DNA of 63,159 nucleotides, filler included, from Vannella sp. (taxonomy: Eukaryota), in NCBI GenBank assembly GCA_023345925.1. It is 6 parts of 6 records of this genome, joined end to end, with 100 filler letters (N's around TTAATTAATTAA, not from the genome) between each part and the next. Parts side by side here need not be neighbours in the genome. Positions count along the whole stretch, not along the records: positions 1 to 13,561 come from JAJQQN010000742.1; 5 more parts are not named here. One strand, written 5' to 3'. Both the position numbers and the translations under genes were made by a program. The notes beneath the pieces are model-generated. The model did no database searches and was not told the DNA's origin. It worked only from the letters and a program-made list of their open reading frames with translations. Of this stretch, positions 1 to 11,000 are shown piece after piece (position 1 is the first letter of the stretch; each line of letters begins with the position of its first letter).

Positions 1-140
1 TCCGGGAAGAAGCAATAGCCATCCCGAAGACACCCGAAATCCTTAGCGGCTTTTAAAAACTAGCCGCTACCATCCCTGTTTTGAATCGGGAGATCGAACC
101 CTCCTTTATCATTTAGAATCCGGATGGCTCAACCGCGTAA

Positions 141-3128
141 TCATTTAGATTCAAAAGCAGCAATACGCTGTTGCATCAGAAGTGAGGTTGATGGCTTTGA
201 TCTGGAGCGTGGAAGGGACACTGGCGCCAGTGAGGTTTCTGGAGGGGTAGTTGAAACAGGTCTCCTCTCAAAAACCGCTTTTCGGTCCTGAATGGACAAA
301 GAGATTTCAGGAGCATTCTCGGGGCGATTGTCAGAAGATTTGGTGTGAATAAAACATCCATCAGCTGTAGAAAGGGCACGAGAGAGTTTCGTAACCACCT
401 TATTGCCTAAACAGCCCTTCGAAGGGAGACTCTTATCTCGTGAATTAAGTAAAAGTTCTTCACTTCGACGATTTACCAAGGAAGGTCGTAGTTCAAGGAC
501 GGTCTTAGACTTGATGAATTGAGGGATTGCAGGTTTTGGTGAATTTGTTGGGGGTTCAAGACTTTGGCATCTTTGCGTCTCTATCTGCCTATCAGCGATA
601 GCTTGAGTACTAAAGCGAGTGAATTCTGTCGTTATATGCTGTTGTCTACGCCCTAGATCTGCGAGTAAAGAGGGGACATCTATTTTGGTGTCTACTAACA
701 GGTGGATGTCGTCTTTGGCACGGATGCACCTTGTTCCCTCACCAATAGGGGGGATAAAGGACTTTGACTTTTGATCTAAAAGAAGCTTAGAACTCGTAAG
801 ATTAATCGAACTTGAACGGCGCCTGCCCCTTGATAACAGGCGGTGTCGAAGGTCCAGTTCTTCATTTTGGGGCCTTTTCTTTTTGATACGCTTTTGAGGA
901 TTTTGTGGGTGGAGAAGACTTGAAGAGGTGCTCTGAGAATCATTAAAATCATCGAAAGGCTTTTCTAACTTATTGGGCCAGCTTTCAATTATCGGTGACT
1001 CTTTGGCAGTTTGGTGTCGGAACGGCACTTTCTTATCGGTTGTCCCTTTCTTTTTCTTTAGGAGAGGAGAATCGTTGGCTTTCAATTGGCTTTCAGTCCG
1101 CCGGGGGCGCCCAAGGTGAAGGATAAGTCCTAACTTGAGAAGCTTTCGTTTTGCTTTGTTCTCTTCTCGCGGGACTTGGTTCCAGGTCAAGACCTCTAGA
1201 TTCTGTAGCTTCAACCGCAATCTTTGGACGCCATCTTCCGTGAGACCACTGCAGCCGTCAAGCTCTAACACCCTTAAATTAGGGATTTCAGTTAGATGCT
1301 CGAGAGCCGCATCCCTAAGCCGGACCAGTCCTTGCAAGCTCAGTCTCCAAAGCTCCTTCAAATGGGTCAAATGAGAAAGCCCTGATCCTGTAACACTCGT
1401 GTGTGATAAATCTAACTGCCCTAAGTGGCGATATAGTATGAGATACTCAAAGGCATCGTCTGTTATGTCAGGGCATTCAGAGAGATTCAAAGAGCGTAAA
1501 GAAGGGAATTTGAGCTCAAAAGTAGATGGTGGAGACTTGGATCTTCCAAGGCGAATCCCCTTAAATCGACTTCCTGTCAAAGTCCGAAGTCCTTTGGCAC
1601 TTAAGTTAGAGCAACCAGAGAAGTCAAGCATCTCAAGGCTCTGGATTGATGGAATGGCAATCAAATCATCATCTGAAGTCTCCCGATTCAAATGAAGTTC
1701 GGTTAAATGAAAAGGGCGCTTCAGAGAGGCAGCGATGGAGCGCTTCCAATGTTTCCTGAACGTGTTCGGAGCAACATTAGAGAGGTCCATCCTCCTAAGA
1801 TTGGTCCATATGAACTGATTCCATGTTCTACAAACGCGAGAAGCCTTGGCAACATCTTCCAGATTCAGATAGAGTAAGATACTTACAACTACCGGTGCTG
1901 GTAACATTCCCACAGTAAATGGCCAGGCGAACTCCTGAGTCTCATCGTCATCAGTGAAACTAACATCTTCTGTCGTTGTTTCCGAGGAACCACCTGTCCA
2001 ATCCGAAGCAACAAAGCTGAATCCACCGAAGAGGGAGTCATTCCGTTCCAGAGCAGGCGCCATTCGCGGCAGAAGGGAGGAAGTTTGGCTTTGAAGTTTT
2101 TTCTCATCGCTTGATGCTCTTTCAGCTATCTGGAAGACGGTTAACTGGGACAATTGGAAGGAGGAAGGTTCTTACTCGAAGAAGAGGGCGGATGGGACCT
2201 GGAGCTTTCATCGACAATAAGTCGTCCCACTGGACTGACATGAAGAAAGGGTGCTCTCGGATCTCTTGCAGGCCTTGGGGACCACACCCAAGGCGACAAC
2301 GAGGATCTTTGATCAAGAGTCCCCGGAGGAGATCCAATCCTTCCGTTGAGAGCTCGTTATGGTACCAATGCCACATGATAGGCTCGTGAAGGATCATTTG
2401 AAAGAGCTCTCCCAAGTTCTCAGAGTAGAAAGGCGACTCATGAAGGAGGAGGATGAACATCATCACCCCAAACGCCCAAACATCGACGCTCTTGCCGTGT
2501 CCTTCACCGTTGTTCCGAAGGATCTCTGGTGCGAGATAACCAGCAGTTCCTGAAAGAGAGTGAACTCGATCCGAGTCGCTCCTGAGCCGAGCGGACAATC
2601 CAAAGTCTGAGAGGCGCACATGCCCGTCCATGTCCATCAGAAGATTCTCGAGCTTGAGGTCACGATAGACCACATTGTGGGCATGCAAGTGCTCCAGGGC
2701 TAAGAGGATCTCCGCTCCGTAGAAGCGACAAGTCTGTTCGGGCCAGGGATCGGGCGACTCGTGGACGTAACTCAGTAGATTGCCTCCAGGTAGGTACTCC
2801 ATCACTAGATAGACGCTCATACTCGTCTGAAAGGTCAGGTAAAGGTCCACAATGAAGGGGTGGCCTCGGATCTAACGGAGAGGTCAGCAAAGAACCCCCG
2901 ATCGAGAGGACGTACTTGAGTCATGATCTCCCGCTCTAGAAGAGTGTGTGCGACGCAGTCCTTGTCCACGGCTTCCTTTTTGTTGATGACCTTCAACGCC
3001 ATCACCTTCCCGGACAAGTCATCCTTGAAGCGAACCACCCAGACCTTCCCAAACGCGCCTCTCCCTGCCAGGGCAACCCAATCAAAGCTAGCAGGGGAGA
3101 GCTTCCGCCGCTTGGAAGGGTCGGACAT
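141..3128 (-). CDS. AGC-family Ser/Thr kinase fused to F-box + leucine-rich repeats (3 exons; introns 2872-2915 and 2130-2175)
   Basis: Kinase motifs GRGAFGKV, MALK, YRDLKLEN, SDFG, GYLAPE. The GTAAG...CAG intron at 2130-2175 joins PLLR|IAER in frame. The AGC hydrophobic motif FGGFSF lies in the last exon, followed by an F-box (LPAPVVVSILLYL...ASRVCRTW) and Cys-containing LRRs (LDFSGCSNLS, LNLSECPDITD, LELDGCSGLT). Confidence 0.85.
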
Positions 3129-3192
3129 GAGGAAATGAAAGGTCCGTTAGTAGTCATAATTGTGTTATTATTGTACATCTCCTTTTCTGGGT

Positions 3193-4976
3193 CTACTCGG
3201 CTTTGATCTTTCTTTGCGCTCTGAAATGGGCCCACTGAGCGTCTTCGGCTTCTTTCCCACAGGGTAAGTCTCGGGCGACCTCGTGTGGACCAAGGGGAGT
3301 GTCCATCTCTGTGCGATACCGGAGAATGGCGAGGACCATGAGAGTTCCAAGGGCAAGGTAGGTCGTGAGTTGCTGCAGAGTGGAAAAGAGTATTTCTAGA
3401 GATAGTGAGAAGGCGAACTCGGACTCTTTGTAGTACAGCTTACCATTGTGATGTCTCAGTATAGATCCCAAACAGAAAAAGGCCACCCCAAGGATGGTTG
3501 TCACTAATTGGACCACGCTTGCACCCGGATTGCGGTTGAGTCCAGTAGAGACAGCATAAACCGACCAAGCACACCATCCAATGGCAATGGTCAGGTACCA
3601 GAAGTTGTCTGGCTCTAAAGGGAGGCGACGATTGACGTTCAAAAGAATCACCAAAACTCCAAAGGTTTGGACTATAAGGAGGGTCTTAAGTCCTCGAGAA
3701 AAGAGTGGCTCTTGGATCTGGAACGTGCTGTTGGTGATGGGGGGAATCTCATACTCCCTGGGAGGATTACTTCCGGGTATTCGACCTGGTCCATTCCACA
3801 GCACACCCCATTTGGCCTTCCAGCCCTCCACAGAGAGGGTAGCACAGATAATGTTCTTCAGAGGGAGGATGTTCAACATCCAAGGGTTGAGCGTGTTGAG
3901 AGAGTGGGTGAGTCCATACACTGGAGGCACCTCATCAATCTCTTCCTGGTAAGTACCAAAGAGATGGTCAAAAATCGAGAAGAGGCCGCCATAGTTCTTA
4001 TCAATGCAGTAAGCGTTCCTCCCATGATGAACGCGATGTTGGGAAGGAGTGTTAAGGATGTACTCCAGCCATCCGAGTTTGCCCACCAAGTCATTGTGGA
4101 TCCACCACTGATAGGCAAGGTTGAATTGTCGGAAGATCACAAAGACTGGTGGATCGAACAAGAGAGCCATGGGCACATAGTACAGGATAGTAGAGAACCG
4201 AACGACGAGGCTGTTACGAAGGCTGGAGGTGAGGTTCAGACGCTCTGGTTGGTGGTGCACCTGATGGAATGTCCACATAAAGTTGGTTGTGTGACTCAGG
4301 CGGTGAGCCCAATAGTACATCAGGTCGTCAAAGAGGACGATACATACCACCTGGAAGACGCTACTTTGTTGCAAAAAGACGGGGAACACCGCCTTGTGGA
4401 TCCTTGAGCCTGCCAAGTCCCAAACCACTCCGTACATACTGTAGGCAAGCACAGTCTGGAAGAATGATTAGTGACAAGATCAGTGATGAAAGAAGGGTGA
4501 CGTCTTACTGAGTGAAACACGCGAGTGATAACGATCCGCGCGCTGGCAGTGAGGGTGGAGCAGAGCGCTTCCCCTGTTGTGTAAACTGTTCCTCCCTTCA
4601 GGATAGCAAAGACAGCTTCAAGAAGGATTCCCGTCATGAAGAGGGGCAGCCACTGTTGCAGGTAGTTGGGCATAGAGCTGACTGCGGTGTCAACGAGGAA
4701 GTACTTGTTTCGGTACTCGATAAATACAAGGTAAAAGAACACACCGTACAACGAAAGTACGATACCAGCCACTATGTAAGATGCAGTCTGACCTAACCGA
4801 GCAGGATGAGGCCGATCAAGAGGCAGGTTGAACCGGATGGGTTCTTCAGAAGTCTTTCCCCCTTCTCCATGGACCAATTCCGTATCCACAGGGTCCTCTC
4901 CTTTCAGAGGCACAGCCATGATCCTCTCCCTCTGAATCTGTTCTGCTACAACAGTGGCGAAGGGGTTCGGGGCCAT
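3193..4976 (-). CDS. AGMO: Alkylglycerol monooxygenase / fatty acid hydroxylase family membrane protein
   Basis: His boxes YYWAHRLSH, HQVHHQPE, WIH and HRVHHGRN, plus DKNYGG and VYGL. Multiple TM segments; one intron near 4456-4508. Confidence 0.85.
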
Positions 4977-5118
4977 GCGACGAGGACAGACAAAGAGTAA
5001 ACAAGTTTCCCGCTGTATCGGTTCTCGCGATTGGTCGGCTGGCGGGAACATTCAGCTTTTCCCAATCCAGACCAAATGTTAGAGTGACTACAATTACAAT
5101 TCATTTTTTTGGTGCCGG

Positions 5119-6332
5119 ATGGCAATTGACTGGTACTCGCTTCATGAGACGATCTGGGCGATGAGCGGGACTTACGCCCTTCTGGCGTGCATTGTCTCCA
5201 TTGTTCTGGCATATCAACACCTGCGTAACTTTACCGCTCCTCGATTGCAGAAGCCCATCGTGCGCATCATCCTGATGGTTCCTGTGGGTTCGCCTTCTTG
5301 TTCTCCTCCTTTGCTCTCTCTCATAGTGGGTGACTCAGATCTACTGCATCGATTCGTGGATATCTCTTACATTCTATGATCTTTCCGTCTTCTTTGATGT
5401 TGCGCGAGACTGGTACGTGCGAATGCCCCGAGGATTGTCAGCTCACTTCGGTCTGGCAGTTACGAAGCGTACGCTATCTACGAGTTCTTTATCCTGATGG
5501 TCGAATACTGCGGTGGAGAGGAGAAGCTGATCTCGATTCTGGAAAGGGAGCCTTTCCAAAGCCACCCTTGGCCCTTCTGCTGTTTGCCGCCTCTTCCCAC
5601 CGGCAAACAGTTCTATCTAACGTGCAAGAGGTGTGTCATGCAATTCGTACTCCTGAAGCCCTTCTTGGCTGTGACCACCTTCCTCCTCGAGCTGGCGGGA
5701 GTCTACCGTTCAGGCTCCTTTGACTTTGATGCGGGTTACCTTTACGTCACCATGGTGGACAACATCTCCATTACAGTGAGTCCGATCACCTCTCTCTCTC
5801 TCTAGTGACTAACACGCTTCGGATGAAGATAGCGGTGTACTTCCTCGTTCTATTTGTTATGCCGATTAGCGAAGAGCTTAGTCCCTTCCGTCCAGTGGCC
5901 AAGTTCTTCTGCATCAAAGCTGTGATCTTCTTCTCGTTCTGGCAAGACGTTCTCATCTCCTTCCTGGTCTGGTTTGATGTCATCAAAGCACAACCGGGAT
6001 GGAGCTCGGACAGCCTCTCCATCTTCATCCAGGATGCCCTGATCTGCATTGAGATGTTCCTCTTGGTGCTCTACTTCACCTACGCCTTCTCCTACGAGGA
6101 GTTTCTTGATCCTGACTATCAACGGAAAGGGATTTCTCCCCTCTTGACCAGTGTTGCCCACATTGTGTCCCCTAAGGACGTCCTGAACGACACCGTGGAC
6201 GTGTTTGGTCGTAGTCTTGCAGGTGAAGAGCCCTCAGAGAAGCGCCGAGGGACTCAGAGCTCCTTAAAGAGTTCTGGAGGGAGGCAGTACGGTACCACAG
6301 CAGAAGACTTTACTTCCGAGGCTGATTTGTAA
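5119..6332 (+). CDS. TMEM184: TMEM184 / OST-alpha (LAZ1-like) membrane protein, spliced
   Basis: QHLRNFTAPRLQKPIVRIILMVP, CVMQFVLLKP, KFFCIKAVIFFSFWQ, QDALICIEM; several short introns. Confidence 0.9.
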
Positions 6333-6365
6333 TAAATGGAAGGGCGTGGCTCTATTGAATAGCAT

Positions 6366-7867
6366 TCAGTCATCCCATCCATCATCGTCACCAAAATCGT
6401 CCTCTTCGTCCGAGTCCGAGAAGAGGGCGAGGTGCCTTTGGTCCAAAGCGTCACATAAAGTGGCTTGAAGTGTTTCCAAAAGCTGGACAGACTGCCTCCA
6501 ATCTCCTTTGCGTTGCTGTCGTTCCTGGGAGCGAGTGAGTGATGGGAATGACCAAGAAAAGAGTGAATCGACATACTTGTTGGACCGTTGTGGGATCCAG
6601 CTTTTTGAGGTCTGTGCCCAGTCTGATTTGTGATAATAGGTCTAGAGAGGTTGTTAGCACTCGCTTCCACTCGATGGGGGAACACGAACTGGATATTGGG
6701 TTCGCGCTCATTCCTTTCGGGCCGCTTCCATCCGTGGGAAGTGGCGGAGGAGGTGCTTTCATCTCTTTAGCAAGATCATCAGCCTCTTTTTGAGTCTTAG
6801 TCATCATCTGAAGGGCAAGTTAGGGGTTAATCAGGGAGTTAGAGATCGGCGAGAGACAGTCTCCTCACCTTCTTCTGCTTCGCTGAAGAGATATACGCTT
6901 GGTGGCGCATTTCTAAGAAGTTCTCTTGGAATGAAAGGAACTGAGAGCCAAACCAGCGCTCCTCTTTCTTTGTTGTCTTCGAAGCTGATTCAACGAGGTT
7001 ATCGAGCTCCGTTTTCATGCTCTCCATCTGGTTGGACATCTCCGAGAGGGCGTTACTCAAGAATCCCATCTGCCCTGAAGCCTTATCAAAGATGGCACGC
7101 TGCTCGTCCATCTCAGCTTCGCGTTTGATGCGATCCTCTTCGCCCTTCTGCCATTCCGCCTCCAATAACTGGATCATACCCATGAATTGGCTGATTTGTG
7201 TGTTCACCTTGACACGACTCTCGCTGTGCTGCATCTCAACGGTGAGCCTCTTCGACTGGCGATAAGCTTTTCGCTCCTCCCGAGTCATTGCCTTCTTCTT
7301 GACCTCGTCAGTGTGTCTGCGGATATCTCCAAGCTTTCCAGCAGATTCAGCTTGTTTCTTGACTCGATCAGCCTTCTGAATAGCCTTCTGCAGGTCCTCC
7401 AACGAGTTGATGTTCTTTCCAGTGTTTGGTCGCCTCCCTCGCCGCCCTCCAACTTGAGAGGTACTTGGAGCTGTAGAACCAGCATCAACTCCAGGTTCTT
7501 CCTTTGCCTCTTGAGGTGTGCTCTCCGTCGGAGGAGGGAGAACTTCGTTTGGTTGTTCAACGGGAGCCGTTTGAGAATTAGTTGAAGCCGCGAGCTTCTT
7601 CGCCTCGCGGTCTGCCTTCATCTTTTCGATAAGCGAGGCTGCTTGTGTTAGTTTTGCTTTTGAATCCGCCCCTCCGCTTGGAGTAACCACTGCAGCCTCC
7701 ACCACCACTGGTCCTGCGCCTCCGGATGCCGCTAGCACATCAAACGAAGGTGGTGGGGCTATGACACTCATCTTCCGCGACCGAAGGTCAGACAGACGCT
7801 CACGAGTGGCCTGCATATCCGACCGGATCTTCTCCAACATCGCCTGCCGCTCCGCCTCGCTGCTCAT
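6366..7867 (-). CDS. Coiled-coil / Pro-rich protein with C-terminal WH2-Central-Acidic (VCA) module; putative Arp2/3 nucleation-promoting factor
   Basis: After splicing (6808-6868, an in-frame 48-nt intron near 6641-6688, and one near 6524-6576): ...KAPPPPLP...NLLSQIRLGTDLKKLDP...LETLQATLCDALDQRHLALFSDSDEEDDFGDDDGWDD*. Confidence 0.8.
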
Positions 7868-8080
7868 GACCCAGATGCAACACAAACTGGCATAAATAGT
7901 GAATTCAATGGCATCATTTTTTGGCTTCCTCATGGGGGACGAGTCGGACCTGCTCCTCGCCCTCGCCCTGGCGATGCCCTTCATGGTGGGTGGGCTGGTT
8001 GGATAGTGGAGTGTTGAGGCTAATGTTGGGGGATGTAGAAGGGTGTGCCGGAGCCGGGTACGGCATTGTACGAGAGTACA

Positions 8081-11000
8081 ATGGCCCAGTTGGTCTCCCT
8101 GATGGAGGAGAACCGGATCGCTTCCCGCTCTTCTCGGGACCTTGAGGTATCGGATGGCTTCTCGTTCCAAGTAAGCTGGAAACGCTCTTTCTTCTGTGAG
8201 CTAACGCCATGGCAGACCTTCTTTGAGCAGTTGGGGGTGGTGATCGACTCCAAGGCGGATCTCACTGAGAGTGCAGTGGATTTGAAGTACTATGTGGCTG
8301 TTCTAAAGCGCATTCTTCAAGACATCACTTTGACCAAGTTCAGCTTCCAAGCACGCCGCTACGTGATGATCCTCACGGCCCAGACGACTCATTGGCTCTG
8401 GTTTACGCTGAGGCTTTCGCGAGGTCCGTCCCCATGTCCATCCTATTCTCCTCAGTGGCTCACCTTCTTCCAGTTGCAGAGAGTCTCCGGAATCCATCGT
8501 TGTTGGAGGGGTTCGGGCACGCTCTGATCTCCTTTGCAGTCGCGTTCTTTGAGGAACTCCTTACGCTCAGTCCGGATCAGGCAGAAGGGGAAGCAGAGTT
8601 GAACCAGCTGGTAAGTTTGTTGGATAGGGCCGTCTCTCTTCTCATTAGTTGAAAAGGCAAGCGTTTGTACTTTGGAAGTGTTCAAAATGTGTCTGGTCTG
8701 TGATCAGGACCTGAACTACGTAGCCAGTGGCAGGCCTCCTGTGCCTGCATTCCCGCCTCACACTCTCACGTGGGAAGTCGAAGAACCGTCGCTGCTTTCT
8801 CATCTTGTTGGAAACGCGGGCAACCCTTGGGGATACTCTGAAGGGTTCGTCAAAGAGTGGCTTGAAAAGAACACATTGGCCTTCTTCTCCTCCCCTATCA
8901 ATGGCTTCCAAAGGATCATGGGTGCACTAGGCGGTGGCTTTGGCATGGTGGACGGCCTGATCAATCCTGATCACTATCATCACCTGAGTAACACTTTCAG
9001 TAGCATCTGTGGAATTTTTACTTGTGAAGATATGAATGCCAGCACCAATCGCATCCATCTTTCTCCTGGAACGACATGCCAGGCTCTTCTTAACTTGACA
9101 GAAAAAATTGCTGTTGCTTCCTGCAAGGTCGAGTTTACTGAGGACGAGCTTGACGATGAGGAAGAACTAACGATAGCTTTGGGGTTGCTACTATCCCTGG
9201 GAGAAACCCTGGAGGGACCAGAATTCTGTTGCAGAATAGCTTCAGTTTTTTCTCTCCATGTGGTTACAACCCTCACTCAGCACGTGAGCTTCCAAGCGTT
9301 TGCTACTCTAACGTCAAATCAATTTGAATGTCAGAAGAGCCAACAAGTGGTCTTCTCAGACGGAATGTTGTCGCTCTTCTCTTGCGTCTCCAAACTTCTT
9401 TCCAAATCTCCCAACCAAGTTCCTGGGATGGCAAGTCCTGCGATCCGGTCTGCCCCCGAGACGATCCAATCTGTTGAACTTTTGAGAGAACTTATGAGTG
9501 ACCGTTTGATCTCGGTACTGTTTCAAGTTCTCCTTGTTTCCTACAAAACCGCAGCGATCCTTGGAATTGTGGGAGAAAGAACTGGTGACGAAGATGATGA
9601 GAGCGAGGGCAATCTAAGGGCGATGCACGTATTGATTAGGTGCACTTCACTTCTTCGAGATCTCTCCGAATCTGGGTTGCTTCCAGCTGACCAACCAGAG
9701 TACTTTGACACTCTTTTGTTGATATCCGGATACCAGAGCCACAACATTCAAGTTGGAGTTTATGAAGGAGAGACTCTTCTGAGAGTCACTTGTCCATTGC
9801 AAATCGAGGGCACCTGGACCGAATTCCAAACAACTCTACGACAACTTTGGGCCTCTTTAGTGACTCACGGGCTCTCTCCTGCTGCTGAGGATGTTCTTCT
9901 CTCGCGCTTAGGAATCGGGGCAACCCACTGGCCCTTGGCTCTACCCTCGGAACAGGTTGGAGTAGTTGCTCTCATTCTTGTGAAGCGTTTGCACGATCAA
10001 GATTCTGAGGGCCAAGAGAAGACGATTACAGGTATTTGGGGAGCAGTTCTCCGTGCAATGGGACGCGCAGATACATTCCAAGAGGTCCTTGGAGTCACGT
10101 ATGCTCGCCTTCTCCTTGGACTTTTTCACTTGCTACTTCGCCCTGAAGCACAGCTCCAAGTGATTGATCAGTGCGTTTCGTTGTTGCTTGGTATGAATCA
10201 GCACCAAAGTGATTCTATCCACTTTTTGGTTCGCACTAGATTGCTGCAATTGCTTCATTACTTCTTGTGTCGACCAATCTCGAACACCAATGCAAAGGAT
10301 ACTGTTGAGAAGCTCTTATTCATGGAGGAGGACAAACCAAAGTCCTCTTGGTTCTTGTTCAGCAAGGGCCTTGAGAAAGAGTTGTCCCAATTTGAAGGGG
10401 CGCTCCCCACTTTCTTCGAACTTTTGGACCCTGCTGAGCTTTCTTCCCAGTCTAACATTGAAGCAACTCGCCTTATCCTCGCTGCTGACAGTCCTCAAAA
10501 TACTAGCGCACGTCACGAGAGCTTTTTGTCCTTGTTGAACATTCAACCAGGCTCTTTGGCAATGGCCCCTTCCTCTGTGTTGCCAGTTGCAGTATACCAG
10601 GGGTTCTATCTATCATTTATGCGATTCTATCTCGCCATAATTGGTGAAGTGCCATGCTCTCTCGATTCAACAGTCAATCAGGTGATCTGCGATGTCATGC
10701 GACTTGTTACTCTGGATTCCACCAGCCCTCAAATGAATGAGACACTCCTGCAGCATCTACTCTTGGGCTCGCTCTCAGTCACTAAGGCGAGTGAACCGTC
10801 TGCTCATCATCCTCTCGCACTGATAGAAGCAATTACCCGATTCTCATTCCACAAACTGACGGACCTCTCTCTGCAATCTACCTCCATTCATCAAATCATT
10901 CCTCAAGCACTTGACTCCCTCCTCAAGGCAGAGGAAGATGGGCTAAGACAGTTTCTGGTACAATCTTATCCTGGTCTTACTTCTCCATCCGTCAATATGA

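Noticed and set aside
44..69. Hairpin TAGCGGCT-N10-AGCCGCTA downstream of the kinase-F-box gene
   Set aside because: A single 8-bp stem with no family features; intrinsic terminators do not apply to this eukaryotic context.
3581..4407. Long antisense ORFs (for example 3667-4407, 24369-24980, 41988-42707, 52136-52828)
   Set aside because: They are shadows of well-supported genes on the opposite strand and show no motifs of their own.
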